Below are positions 50,373 to 60,391 of a DNA stretch of 64,000 nt, piece after piece. The DNA comes from a candidate division WOR-3 bacterium (GTDB lineage: Bacteria > Hydrothermota > Tepidihabitantia > Tepidihabitantales > Tepidihabitantaceae), in contig CBFGKH010000003.1 of the NCBI GenBank assembly GCA_965649295.1, forward strand, positions 32,001 to 96,000, in the 5' to 3' direction. Positions within the stretch are counted from its first letter, which is position 1; each line of letters begins with the position of its first letter. Below the pieces are notes generated by a model. That model saw only the letters and a program-made list of their open reading frames with translations, was not told the DNA's origin and searched no databases. Position numbers and translations under genes: made by a program.

Positions 50373-52022
50373 GTGAGTATGTTCTGCTACCAGTGTGAGC
50401 AGACCGCCCGCGGCACCGGCTGCACGGTTCAGGGCGTCTGTGGCAAAGACGAGAAGACTGCAATTCTGCAAGACCTGCTAATCTACGCGACCAAGGGCGT
50501 GGCCCAATACGCGCACCGCGCGGCCCGGCTCGGCGCGTTCGACCCCGAGGTCAACGTCTTCACGATTGAGGCGCTCTTTACGACCGTCACCAACGTTGAC
50601 TTTGACCCCGAGCGCCTGCACGGTTGGCTCCGGAAAGCGGCCGAGATGCGCGACCGCGCAAAGAAGCTCTACGAGGACGCGGCGAAGAAGGGCGGCAAAC
50701 CGGTGGAGACCCTGAGCGGCCCTGCGACCTGGCAGCCCGCCGCCGACATCGACGGCCTCGTTGAGCAGGGCCGCGACAAAGGCATCCTCAAACGTCACGC
50801 GGACTGGGGCGACGACACCGCAGACCTGCACGACCTGATTCTCTTCGGCCTCAAGGGCGTGGCTGCCTATGCCGACCACGCCCACGTCCTCGGCAAGGAA
50901 GACAACGCCATCTACGCTGAGTTCTTCCGCCTGCTCGACCTGATTGTTGACGCCAAGGCCAACGCCGACAAGCTGCTCGCAGCATCACTCGAAGTCGGCA
51001 AGCTCAACCTACAAGTCACCGAACTTCTTGACGCGGCCAACACCGGCGCGTACGGACACCCGACTCCGACCCCGGTGCGCGTCACGCCGGTCAAGGGCAA
51101 GGCCATTCTCGTATCCGGTCACGATCTGAAGGACCTCGAAGAACTGCTCAAGCAAACCGAGGGCAAGGGCATCAACATTTACACCCACGGCGAGATGCTG
51201 CCGGCCCACGGCTACCCGAAGCTCCACGCTTACAAGCACCTCGTCGGCCACTATGGCACTGCCTGGCAGAACCAGCAGAAGGAGTTCCCCGAGTTCCCGG
51301 GCGCGATTCTGATGACGACGAACTGCATCCAGAAGCCGCGCGACTCGTACTTCAAGCGCATCTTCACCACCGGCCTCGTAGCCTGGCCCGGAGTGGTTCA
51401 CGTCACGCGCGTGGACTTCGGCCCAGTCATCAAGGCTGCAATCGAAGCCCCGGGCTTCGCTACCGATGAGCCAGAGAAGACCATCCTCGTCGGCTTCGGC
51501 CACAACGCGGTGATGGCCGCCGCGCCCAAGGTCATCGAGCTGGTCAAGACCGGCAAGATTCGGCACTTCTTCCTTGTCGGCGGCTGCGATGGCTCGAAGC
51601 CCGAACGCAACTACTACACCGAATTCGTCCAGAAGACGCCCCAGGACACGGTCGTCCTTACCCTTGCCTGCGGCAAGTTCAAATTCAACCGGCTCGACCT
51701 CGGTGACATCGAAGGCATTCCGCGCCTCTTGGATGTCGGCCAGTGCAACGACTCCTACTCCGCGGTCCAGATTGCAATCGCGCTCGCCAAGGCGTTTGGC
51801 ACCGACGTCAACTCGCTGCCCCTCTCACTCGTCATTTCGTGGTACGAACAGAAGGCGGTCGCCGTCCTGCTGATGCTTCTCCACCTCGGCATCAAGAACA
51901 TCCGCCTCGGCCCAAGCCTGCCCGCGTTTATCACCCCGAACCTGCTCAACATCCTCGTCCAGAACTTTGGCATCAAGCCGATCACCACTGCTGACGCTGA
52001 CCTCAAAGCAATCCTCGGCTAG
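50373..52022 (+). CDS. hcp: Hybrid cluster protein (hydroxylamine/NO reductase)
   Basis: MFCYQCEQT..GC...GVCGK, HGEMLP, GGCDG, GQCNDSY, SWYEQKA. Confidence 0.98.
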   Translation: MSMFCYQCEQTARGTGCTVQGVCGKDEKTAILQDLLIYATKGVAQYAHRAARLGAFDPEVNVFTIEALFTTVTNVDFDPERLHGWLRKAAEMRDRAKKLYEDAAKKGGKPVETLSGPATWQPAADIDGLVEQGRDKGILKRHADWGDDTADLHDLILFGLKGVAAYADHAHVLGKEDNAIYAEFFRLLDLIVDAKANADKLLAASLEVGKLNLQVTELLDAANTGAYGHPTPTPVRVTPVKGKAILVSGHDLKDLEELLKQTEGKGINIYTHGEMLPAHGYPKLHAYKHLVGHYGTAWQNQQKEFPEFPGAILMTTNCIQKPRDSYFKRIFTTGLVAWPGVVHVTRVDFGPVIKAAIEAPGFATDEPEKTILVGFGHNAVMAAAPKVIELVKTGKIRHFFLVGGCDGSKPERNYYTEFVQKTPQDTVVLTLACGKFKFNRLDLGDIEGIPRLLDVGQCNDSYSAVQIAIALAKAFGTDVNSLPLSLVISWYEQKAVAVLLMLLHLGIKNIRLGPSLPAFITPNLLNILVQNFGIKPITTADADLKAILG

Positions 52023-52043
52023 TCAAGCACAAGCCCTCCTGTC

Positions 52044-52075
52044 AGGCCACGCCAGCGCGCGTGGCCTACTTTTCT
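52044..52075 (+). terminator. Rho-independent terminator
   Basis: AGGCCACGC-N6-GCGTGGCCT-ACTTTTCT. Confidence 0.75.
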
Positions 52076-52079
52076 GCTA

Positions 52080-52107
52080 TTGACACTTCTCAGTCAGCAG
52101 CTAGCAT
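52080..52107 (+). promoter_or_regulatory. sigma70-type promoter
   Basis: TTGACA-N16-TAGCAT. Confidence 0.7.
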
Positions 52108-52133
52108 TGCGATAGGATTCGACAGGAGGCATT

Positions 52134-53546
52134 ATGAAACCAAGTCTGAAGACCGCCACGGCATTAGCCGCCATCACTCTAGTGCTGGCTACTGGCTGTC
52201 AGCAGCCGCCGGCTGCTCCCGCCGTACCAGTCGGCCCGACCAGCGTTCGCAATGATAGCCTCTGCACCTACAGCGCTACTGCCGCTGACCCCAATGGTGA
52301 CAACGTTGCCTATCGCTTTGACTGGGGCACGGGCGACACATCAGATTGGACCGACTTCGTGGCCAGTGGTCAGCCCGGTTCCCAACAGTATGTCTTTCGT
52401 CACCGCGCCGGCACATTTCAGGTTCGTGCCCAGGCTCGCGATGCCAAGGACGCGCTTTCTCCCTGGTCAAACCCACTTACCGTCACGGTTACTAATCCCT
52501 ATCATCCCGTGCTCTGGCGCTATCAGACCGGCGCCTGGGTTCATTCGTCACCGGCCATCGCTCCTGACGGCACCATCTATGTCGGCTCATTCGACGGCTA
52601 CATGTACGCCTTCAATGCCGACAGCACGCTCAAGTGGCGCTTCCTGACCGGCAACTTCGTCCACTCGTCGCCGGCCATCGGCCCGGACGGAACGGTCTAC
52701 TTCGGCTCGTTCGACAACTACTTCTACGCCGTCAATGCCGACGGCACGCTCAAGTGGCGCTACCAGACCGCGGCGGGCTGTTGCGCTTCCCCGGCCATCG
52801 CCACGGATGGCACCGTCTATGTCGGGTCCCGCGACGGTTACCTGCACGCCATCAACCCGGACGGCTCGCCCAAATGGAACTACCAGACTGGCAACTGGGT
52901 AACATCCTCGCCAGCGATCGCTGCCGATGGCACGGTCTATGTCGGTTCCTACGACAACTACTTCTACGCACTGAATCCGGACGGCTCGCTCAAGTGGCGG
53001 TATCAGACCGGCGACCGCGTTCATTCTTCACCTGCAATTGGAGCCGATGGAACTGTCTTCGTCGGTTCGTTCGACGGCCTGCTCTATGCTTTCAATCCTG
53101 ACAGCACCCTCAAGTGGAGCTACGCGACCGGTGGCCCAATCATCTCCTCGCCGGCCATCGCGCCCGACGGCAGCATCTGCTTTGGCTCCTGCGACTACTA
53201 CGTCTATGCGCTTACTGCCGACGGCACACTCAAGTGGCGCTACCAAACAGACAGCGTCATCACCTCTTCGCCAGCCGTTGCTGCCGACGGCACTATCTAC
53301 ATTGGCTCCGGCGACAAGCGGTTTTATGCCTTCAACGCAGACGGCAGTCTGAAATGGAACTACCAAACCGGCGACTACATCGAATTCTCGTCGCCAGTTA
53401 TCGGACCGGATGGCACGGTCTATGTCGGCTCGAACGACACTTATCTGTACGCCTTTGCCGGTAGCTCACCGACCGCCAGTACGGCTTGGCCGACCTTCCG
53501 TCACGACCTCAGGCACACCGGCCGAGTGGGCGGCAGTGCCAAATAG
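52134..53546 (+). CDS. Lipoprotein: PKD-like domain plus 8 PQQ-type beta-propeller repeats
   Basis: Lipobox ATGC; 40-aa repeats SSPAIxxDGTxYxGS..LKW. Confidence 0.9.
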   Translation: MKPSLKTATALAAITLVLATGCQQPPAAPAVPVGPTSVRNDSLCTYSATAADPNGDNVAYRFDWGTGDTSDWTDFVASGQPGSQQYVFRHRAGTFQVRAQARDAKDALSPWSNPLTVTVTNPYHPVLWRYQTGAWVHSSPAIAPDGTIYVGSFDGYMYAFNADSTLKWRFLTGNFVHSSPAIGPDGTVYFGSFDNYFYAVNADGTLKWRYQTAAGCCASPAIATDGTVYVGSRDGYLHAINPDGSPKWNYQTGNWVTSSPAIAADGTVYVGSYDNYFYALNPDGSLKWRYQTGDRVHSSPAIGADGTVFVGSFDGLLYAFNPDSTLKWSYATGGPIISSPAIAPDGSICFGSCDYYVYALTADGTLKWRYQTDSVITSSPAVAADGTIYIGSGDKRFYAFNADGSLKWNYQTGDYIEFSSPVIGPDGTVYVGSNDTYLYAFAGSSPTASTAWPTFRHDLRHTGRVGGSAK

Positions 53547-53564
53547 CGACAAACGACGATTGTC

Positions 53565-54974
53565 ATGAATCGCTGCACTATCCTGTTGGTCCTGACTGCC
53601 GTACTCACGATTGGCTGCGACCGGCCCAATAGACCACCCAACATCCCTAACGCCCCAAGCGGGCCAACCAGTATCCGCAACGATAGCCTTTGCACGTTCA
53701 GCGCCATGACGACCGACCCAGAGGGTGACAGCATCAGCTATCGATTCGACTGGGGCACCGGCGATACGTCGGCGTGGACAGACTGGGTTACAAGTGGTCA
53801 AGCCGATTCGCAGCAGCACGTATTCCGTCATCGTGCTGGCACGTTTGCGGTTCGTGCCCAAGCCCGCGACAAGAAGCTCGCCCTGTCTATGTGGTCTGAA
53901 CCACTGACGGTGTCTGTCACCAATCCCTACTTCCCCAGAATCTGGCAGTTCGCAACCGAAGGCCCAGTCCAGTCTTCCCCGGCTATCGCCCCGGATGGCA
54001 CCATCTACTTTGGTTCCGCTGACAGACACCTCTATGCCCTCAATCCTGACAGCACCATCAAGTGGCGATTCGGTACTGGCGGAGTGATAAGCGCGTCGCC
54101 AGCTATTGGCAGCGACGGCACCATCTATTTCGGGTCACACGACAGTTTCTTCTATGCCCTCAACCCCGACGGCACGCTACGCTGGCGCTACCAGACCAGC
54201 GCCCCTGTCCAGTCCTCAGCCGCAATTGGTCCAGACCGTACCATCTACTTTGGTGCTTGTCTCGACACCCTCTATTACCTGCTTGCCCTCGGCCCCGACA
54301 GCATTCTCAAGTGGCGGTTCCGGACCGGCGGCTGGGTTCACTCCTCGCCGGCAGTTGGCGCTGATGGCACGATCTACTTCGGCTCAACCGACAGCCACAT
54401 CTACGCCCTCAACCCCGACAGCACCCGCAAATGGCGCTACCAGACCGATGGCATCGTTACTGCTTCACCAGCAATAGGAGCTGACGGCACAATCTACATC
54501 GGCTCGGGTGATGGCGGACTCTATGCGCTAAACCCAGACGGAACTCTTCGCTGGCGGCTCCCTACCTACGGCAGCATCACCTCCTCAGCTGCTCTCGGTA
54601 CCGATGGCACCATCTACTTTGGCTCCTACGACTTCCATCTCTACGCTGTCAGACCTGACGGCACTCTGCGCTGGCGCTATCAAACCGGCAACGGCATCTA
54701 CTCCTCACCAGCCGTGGCAGCCGACGGCACAATCCTCTTTGGCTCCTGGGACGGCTGGTTCTATGCTCTTTCCCCGGAAGGCAATCTGAAATGGCGGTAC
54801 GGAACTAGCGAACGGATATTCTCATCACCGGCCATCGCTGCTAATGGCACAATCTACGTTGGCGCCAACGACCGGAGCATCTACGCGCTGTGTGGTACGA
54901 CTCCGCTTGCCCACTCGGCCTGGCCCAAGTTCCGCCACGACAATCAGAACACCGGCAGGGTCACTGCTAAGTAG
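53565..54974 (+). CDS. Lipoprotein paralogue: PKD-like domain plus 8 PQQ-type repeats
   Basis: Lipobox TIGC; same architecture as the upstream gene. Confidence 0.9.
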   Translation: MNRCTILLVLTAVLTIGCDRPNRPPNIPNAPSGPTSIRNDSLCTFSAMTTDPEGDSISYRFDWGTGDTSAWTDWVTSGQADSQQHVFRHRAGTFAVRAQARDKKLALSMWSEPLTVSVTNPYFPRIWQFATEGPVQSSPAIAPDGTIYFGSADRHLYALNPDSTIKWRFGTGGVISASPAIGSDGTIYFGSHDSFFYALNPDGTLRWRYQTSAPVQSSAAIGPDRTIYFGACLDTLYYLLALGPDSILKWRFRTGGWVHSSPAVGADGTIYFGSTDSHIYALNPDSTRKWRYQTDGIVTASPAIGADGTIYIGSGDGGLYALNPDGTLRWRLPTYGSITSSAALGTDGTIYFGSYDFHLYAVRPDGTLRWRYQTGNGIYSSPAVAADGTILFGSWDGWFYALSPEGNLKWRYGTSERIFSSPAIAANGTIYVGANDRSIYALCGTTPLAHSAWPKFRHDNQNTGRVTAK

Positions 54975-54979
54975 CTGTC

Positions 54980-56734
54980 TTGAAACGCCATGCCAATGCA
55001 GTCCGCCGTTCGCTTGTGAAACTTTCAGAGACTATTCTCAGCCTACTTGTTTGCCTATCCACTGCCCAAGCTTGGTTTGCTTCGGCCGCTGCATTCCGTG
55101 ACCTCTGCTGGTCGCCGGATGGCCGACGGCTTTGCTTTGGCGTCCACTCCTCGGTGGAAGCGGATGGCGAGGCTGAGCTGGGCAATGACCTCGTCGCAAT
55201 CGTCAGTATTGACAGCCCGTCGGTGCGCTGCTTGCTACCGGCAAGATACGAGCCATATCCGACTCCATTCGGCAACCGGCTTGCCCTCAAAGCAATCGGT
55301 GGCCTGTATCTGCTTGACATCGAGTGTGGAACACTCATCCAGCTAGCCCAACCGTTCACACCTTACGTCGAACCGGACCGCTACGCCATTGACAACATTG
55401 CCTGGTCAAAAGACGGCAACAGCCTTATCTTCTCAACCTGGCGTGACTATGAGTGCCGTTCAGAACTTTGCCTTGTCCGACTGCCCGACTACAAGAAGAG
55501 TCTGCGCAAACCTGCCAGCGGGATTATTGATACCTGCGGTCGGGTACTGTCACTATGGTGGATTGGTCATGACGAAATCGCACTCTGCTGCGGGTCATCT
55601 CAGACTGACAGCACGTTCTTCAGAATCAACGTTGCCACCAACACAGTGCAGGAAACCGACCCCGATGAGTACGCAACCAAGCCAACACCGCGCCCAGCTG
55701 TCCGACTAGCCCGCGACACGATTGTTACGGCATGGGTGACCGAAGGCCTGGGCCAAGAGAAGACTCGGCTAGTGCGTGACACACTTCTCGACTATGTAAT
55801 AGTTCTAGAATTCCCCGATGGCGCGGCACGTGCCATTCGACCAGCAATCGTCGGCATCACCAGTGTCACTGGCGAGGTCTCGGCCGACGGCAAGCTAGTG
55901 TACTTTGAGTGGTCACGAGAAGGTGCTGACGTCGAATCGTGGGGCACGACCCGCAACGTCCCGGAGTTCTACTGGCTCGGCCGTGGCCGCTATCAGGGAT
56001 TCGGTCCGGTTACACCGCCAGTTTGGCTCAAAGGCGGGAATCGATTGCTCTACTACGACGCCCACAACTACGGCACTGTCAACACCGATGGTACAGGCAG
56101 GCTGATACCGGTCCGCGACTCGATTGTATCAGTGGCCCTGTCGCCCGATAGCACGCGTGTGGCACTGGAACTGCAGGGCCAGTTTGGTTTCTCGGTCGGC
56201 GTAGCCCATCTCGAATCCACTCGCTACACCCGTGTCGCTGATGTCCGCTCACCACTCTGGCTGGCTGACGGCAGCCGACTGCTCTGTCGCAGCGCCGATG
56301 GTTTTGTGCTCCTCAGTAACACCGGCCAGTTACTCGCTCGAGTTCCGTTCACAGCCAACGGCTATGCGCCCTTTTGGATTGCGGACAGCATCATTCTCTT
56401 CCGTTCTGGTACCACTCAACGTTGCTGGATCGGCGACAGCTCAGAGATGGTCGGTGACGAATCAGACCCGGTCTGGCAGTTCAACCTGCTGTCCGGCAAG
56501 TTGGCGCCAGCCACACAAGAACTAGCTGACCGCTACCATGCTCGTCAGTCCCCACCCCATGACACACTAGTATCACCAGACGGCAAGTTGATCGCTTGGC
56601 TAGAACAGAAGAAGCAGACGACCCGCGTCTGGCTGTCGAATGCTGACGGCACGAATCGGCGGCTGCTGGTCGATGCCTGGTCTAACTACAACCGTCGCCT
56701 CGACAGCGACGACCCAACCAGTGGCGGCGAGTAA
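54980..56734 (+). CDS. Exported TolB/WD40-like beta-propeller protein
   Basis: WSPDG, WSKDG, SADG, SPDS, SPDGK repeats; start uncertain. Confidence 0.65.
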   Translation: MKRHANAVRRSLVKLSETILSLLVCLSTAQAWFASAAAFRDLCWSPDGRRLCFGVHSSVEADGEAELGNDLVAIVSIDSPSVRCLLPARYEPYPTPFGNRLALKAIGGLYLLDIECGTLIQLAQPFTPYVEPDRYAIDNIAWSKDGNSLIFSTWRDYECRSELCLVRLPDYKKSLRKPASGIIDTCGRVLSLWWIGHDEIALCCGSSQTDSTFFRINVATNTVQETDPDEYATKPTPRPAVRLARDTIVTAWVTEGLGQEKTRLVRDTLLDYVIVLEFPDGAARAIRPAIVGITSVTGEVSADGKLVYFEWSREGADVESWGTTRNVPEFYWLGRGRYQGFGPVTPPVWLKGGNRLLYYDAHNYGTVNTDGTGRLIPVRDSIVSVALSPDSTRVALELQGQFGFSVGVAHLESTRYTRVADVRSPLWLADGSRLLCRSADGFVLLSNTGQLLARVPFTANGYAPFWIADSIILFRSGTTQRCWIGDSSEMVGDESDPVWQFNLLSGKLAPATQELADRYHARQSPPHDTLVSPDGKLIAWLEQKKQTTRVWLSNADGTNRRLLVDAWSNYNRRLDSDDPTSGGE

Positions 56735-57893
56735 TCAACCCCCTACCGGACACAAAGTCTGGACGTTGCTGCTGTTCATCTCTTGCAGTCTCGTCACAGC
56801 CACTCCCGCTGACTATGTGTTCCGGCCGGTTTCGATCACACTCTTCCCGTTGATTTCGACCAATGGCCGTGATGCCACGCGAATCAACTCCGCCCTCTCC
56901 CTCAACATCATCGGCGGCTACCAAGGTCGGCTCACTGGCGTCGAACTTGGCACCGCCTTCAATGTCGAACTCAATGATGCCCGCGGCTATCAACTGGCAG
57001 CCGGCATCAATGTGGTCAGTGGTAGCTTCTACGGTGCCCAGCAGGCCGGCCTAATAAGTATTGTCGGCCGCGACCTGTACGCGCTCCAGCAGTCAGCCAT
57101 ATTGAGCGCCGTTGTTGGCCAACTGCGTGGCGCCCAGTTTGCCGGCGGCGCAACCATCACTCTGGACGACGGTGTTGGTTTGCAGGCTAGTGGCGGTGCC
57201 AGCTACTGTGGTGGCTGGCTGCGCGGTCTGCAGATTACTGGTGGTGCAAGCATCAGCCGCGACCTGACCGGCGCTCAACTGGCTGGCGGCGCCAACATCA
57301 CCACCAGCCGTATTGACGGGCTTCAGCTTGCCGGCGGTCTGAACTACTGTAGGGAACTCCGCGGCTGTCAGCTTGGCAGCGTCAACATCACCGGCCAGAG
57401 CCGGGGAGTCCAGCTTGGTTTGGTCAACATCGCCGACGACGTTGACGTGCCGATCGGTCTCGTCAGTATAATCCGCCTCGGCCAGTTTCATCTCAACGTC
57501 TGGGCAAGCGAGATTGCCGTCGTAAATATCGGTCTCAAGACCGGCTCGCGACGCATCTACAGCACTATCAACCTCGGTCTACGGCCGCAACGCGACTCAT
57601 CACTGCTGCTCACCGGCCTCGGCATCGGCTGTCACATTCCGCTCGGCCGGTTCTTCCTTGACCTTGACGGTGGCGCAAGCAGCGCTTGGCGCTGGCCGCA
57701 CTGGTTCCAAACGACCTCAGCAAAGGACTACGGGTTGTTCAGCACCCTCCGTGTTACTGCCGGCTGGCAGCTCGGGGAGCGAATCGCCATCAGCGTCGGC
57801 CCCACTGCCAGTGTCTGGCTAACAACTGTCAGCCCTTCGCCTTTTGGCCAGACAGTCTGGCCTGGCTTCACCATCGGGCTACAGCTACTCTAG
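56721..57893 (+). CDS. LA_2272-like GxQ repeat surface protein with probable C-terminal beta-barrel
   Basis: 15-aa GxQxxGxxN repeats; amphipathic C-terminal strands; start uncertain. Confidence 0.7.
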   Translation: MAASNQPPTGHKVWTLLLFISCSLVTATPADYVFRPVSITLFPLISTNGRDATRINSALSLNIIGGYQGRLTGVELGTAFNVELNDARGYQLAAGINVVSGSFYGAQQAGLISIVGRDLYALQQSAILSAVVGQLRGAQFAGGATITLDDGVGLQASGGASYCGGWLRGLQITGGASISRDLTGAQLAGGANITTSRIDGLQLAGGLNYCRELRGCQLGSVNITGQSRGVQLGLVNIADDVDVPIGLVSIIRLGQFHLNVWASEIAVVNIGLKTGSRRIYSTINLGLRPQRDSSLLLTGLGIGCHIPLGRFFLDLDGGASSAWRWPHWFQTTSAKDYGLFSTLRVTAGWQLGERIAISVGPTASVWLTTVSPSPFGQTVWPGFTIGLQLL

Positions 57894-57943
57894 CCTTCTG
57901 CCCAGAATCATCCAGCCACGAACAACCAAGCGAGACTAGCCTG

Positions 57944-58558
57944 CTACTCCAGACTGAATCGGAACGGGATTGAGACTTGTACCGGCACTGGCCGGTCGTT
58001 CTGGTAGGCAGGCACGAACCGAAACTGCCGGGCCGCAGTCAGTGCTGCTGCGTCCAACAAGCTGTTGCCCGAAGATCGTAGCACAGTCGCACTGGCGACA
58101 AGACCGTTGGTATCAACGACTGCTGCGACAACAACGCTCCCTTCAATTCCAGCCCGGCGGGCCAGTTCTGGGTATTCGGGCACGACCGAGCTGACGAGCA
58201 CTGGCTTGCGTTCGACCTTCCAATAGGGCAGCGGTTCGAGCACCGGCTCAGTCAGCGGCCGCTCAACTTCGTTGAAAGTATGTCTGCCGATGCTAGGGTC
58301 AGTGGCAGGGCCGTCTGGCGACGGCACCGGTATCGCGCTGCGCCTTGGCACCGGCTGGTCTGGCACCTGCGGAGCGAGCAGTACCGGCTCAATGCGCACA
58401 GCCTGAACAATCGGCCGGCGCAGTTCGTAGGCATGAACCTCGGGCTGGGGTGCGAACCGAAAGACAAGCACCATCAGCCCAAGCGCCGCAATCAGCGCAA
58501 GACGCAAGTCAAGGCCATACTGCTGGTCATGGTCGTAGCTCCGGACAAGGCTGTTCAT
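57944..58558 (-). CDS. tonB: Energy transducer TonB
   Basis: N-terminal TM, Pro-rich linker, PEYPELARRAGIEG TonB_C; SD GGAGG. Confidence 0.92.
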   Translation of the reverse strand: MNSLVRSYDHDQQYGLDLRLALIAALGLMVLVFRFAPQPEVHAYELRRPIVQAVRIEPVLLAPQVPDQPVPRRSAIPVPSPDGPATDPSIGRHTFNEVERPLTEPVLEPLPYWKVERKPVLVSSVVPEYPELARRAGIEGSVVVAAVVDTNGLVASATVLRSSGNSLLDAAALTAARQFRFVPAYQNDRPVPVQVSIPFRFSLE

Positions 58559-58585
58559 ACTTACCTCCGGTTGTCATAACTGACT

Positions 58586-58612
58586 TACCCCTGACTAGCC
58601 TGGCCCATTCCG
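58586..58612 (-). promoter_or_regulatory. Candidate ECF promoter of tonB
   Basis: CGGAAT-N16-GGGTA, same layout as 60361-60387. Confidence 0.55.
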
Positions 58613-58620
58613 TTACCGTT

Positions 58621-58649
58621 GAAAGAACACGGCGGCCACGCGGCCGCCG
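58621..58649 (-). terminator. Terminator after the anti-sigma-TonB gene
   Basis: CGGCGGCC stem, 4-nt loop, then TGTTCTTTC on minus strand. Confidence 0.6.
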
Positions 58650-58669
58650 CTAATGACTGCTGCCGACAG

Positions 58670-59785
58670 CTACTTCTGCTGCTCGGGCTGCAGTTTCTTT
58701 GCCGGGTTGAACTTGAACTTCTGCTGCACTATGCCGGTCACCGGCTTGCCGTCCCTAGTTGCCGGTGCGAAGATGGCTTCGAGCGCGGTGCGTATCGCAA
58801 TACTGTCAAGGAGCGGCTTGCCACTGGACCGCGCCAGCTTGACCGAACGCACCCGTCCCAGGGTATCGGTGACGAGCGTGAGCATGACCGTGCCCGTATC
58901 CTCTTCTTCCACCTCGGGCAGCTTAGGCATGGCAATGAGCCGCGGTTCAGTTGAGCCGACACGGACCGGCTGGCCAGTTGCTGCTTCCTCGGCTGGCCCG
59001 TGTTCTTCTTCCGGACGAGCCGGGGCCGGTGTCGGCTCGCTACGCGGCTTGGTCTGACCGCATAGCTCTTCAGCCGGAATCTCCCGTCGCTCCGGCTCTG
59101 GCTGAGCTGCCACGCCGACTGCTGTACCGCCGCTTGCCGGCTCGTGCGGCCGCCGTGGCCGGGTCGTACTAGCCCGCTCCCGCCCATCAATTTGAGCCTG
59201 TTCAACGAGCTCGTGCGGTTGCTCCTGTGCGGCAGTAACGGCTGGCGCTGGCAACGGAGTCTGCTGGCCGGTGGTCCCTGGCGACGGTTGCGGAACTCGG
59301 GCAACCGCCGGCCCTGGCGCAGGTGCGGGCCTGGCCCTGCCCTCGGGTTGAACCGGCGGCTCGACTCGCTCCTTCATCTTTTCGAGTGCCGCCTCAACCT
59401 GAGCAACCCGTCGCGATGTGTTCAGACTCGAACGAATCGCCTGCCAGCCGACAACTACAACAACCAGCGCCACCACCAGCCCGCCAGCCAGTGTTGCCAG
59501 TCGCGGAAACGAGAACGTCGGCCGCCAGGTCTGCTGCCGAGCTGGCCGCTGCTGGCGAATGCGACGCCAAACCCGGGTTCGCTGCCAGTCCCAGAAGTCA
59601 TCCGGTTGTGACGGCGGCTCAACCTTCCGCACCAGCGCGTGCAACTGATTGAGTGCTGCCAGCTCATCGCTGCAAGCCGAACAACCGGCAAGGTGCGCCT
59701 GCACCTGCGCAGTCTGTTCTGGCCCCAGCTCGCCATCAGCGAACGGCCCAAGTAGCGGACGAATGCGACGACACTCCGGCTTCAT
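58670..59785 (-). CDS. zf-HC2 anti-sigma factor fused to a Pro-rich linker and TonB C-terminal domain
   Basis: HLAGCSAC, TM, P/E-rich linker, GTV.L.LV.D.LGRV..V...RSSG..LLD..A...F.PA..DGKPV. Confidence 0.85.
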   Translation of the reverse strand: MKPECRRIRPLLGPFADGELGPEQTAQVQAHLAGCSACSDELAALNQLHALVRKVEPPSQPDDFWDWQRTRVWRRIRQQRPARQQTWRPTFSFPRLATLAGGLVVALVVVVVGWQAIRSSLNTSRRVAQVEAALEKMKERVEPPVQPEGRARPAPAPGPAVARVPQPSPGTTGQQTPLPAPAVTAAQEQPHELVEQAQIDGRERASTTRPRRPHEPASGGTAVGVAAQPEPERREIPAEELCGQTKPRSEPTPAPARPEEEHGPAEEAATGQPVRVGSTEPRLIAMPKLPEVEEEDTGTVMLTLVTDTLGRVRSVKLARSSGKPLLDSIAIRTALEAIFAPATRDGKPVTGIVQQKFKFNPAKKLQPEQQK

Positions 59786-60354
59786 GACGCTGGCAGATAA
59801 TCCTTCAAGAGGACTCGCAATTTCTCCCGCGCCCGATTGAGCCGGGACATCACCGTGCCCACCGGAATCCCGAGTGTCTCAGCAATCTCGTTGTAGCTCA
59901 ACTCCTCTTTCACTCGCAGAAGGAAGATAGTCCGCTGGTCTGCTGGTAGCTTGAACAGAGCAGCATCAAGGTCGCGCCGCAGGCTGGAACCCTCAGCATC
60001 TGCCCGCGGGTCAGGTATGTCGGCAGCAGCGCTATCGCCGTCAGCCAGCGGCAATGGCTGCGTCGCCACCCGTCGTGCCCGCTTGAGATGATTGAAACAG
60101 AGATTCACCGCTATCTTCCGTAGCCAGGTATAGAACTGAAACCGCTCATCGAAACGGCGGATTGCCCGAAATGCCCGGATGAATGTCTCCTGCACCATGT
60201 CATCGGCATCGGCATGGTTGCGGACGAGTGAATAGGTAAGACGGTAGATGCTTGCAGCATAGCGTTTCATCAGCTCATCAAATGCCCCGGTGTCGCCCGA
60301 CTGGACAGCATGAATCAGCTCTCCGTCGCTGGGCCGCCCATCGGGCGCACTCAT
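59782..60354 (-). CDS. ECF sigma factor (SigW/RpoE-like)
   Basis: DADDMVQETF, FYTWLRKI, SYNEIAETLGIPVGTVMSRL. Confidence 0.94.
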   Translation of the reverse strand: MSAPDGRPSDGELIHAVQSGDTGAFDELMKRYAASIYRLTYSLVRNHADADDMVQETFIRAFRAIRRFDERFQFYTWLRKIAVNLCFNHLKRARRVATQPLPLADGDSAAADIPDPRADAEGSSLRRDLDAALFKLPADQRTIFLLRVKEELSYNEIAETLGIPVGTVMSRLNRAREKLRVLLKDYLPAS

Positions 60355-60360
60355 TCAATC

Positions 60361-60387
60361 TACCGTTACTATCGAAAGGCTATTCCG
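60361..60387 (-). promoter_or_regulatory. Candidate autoregulatory ECF promoter
   Basis: CGGAAT-N16-CGGTA, 6 nt before ATG. Confidence 0.55.
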
Positions 60388-60391
60388 AGAA

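Noticed and set aside
52500..54900. Regular ~120-bp repeats as a CRISPR array or DGR
   Set aside because: They are in-frame propeller blades; no identical repeats, no reverse transcriptase, no adenine-specific template/variable pair
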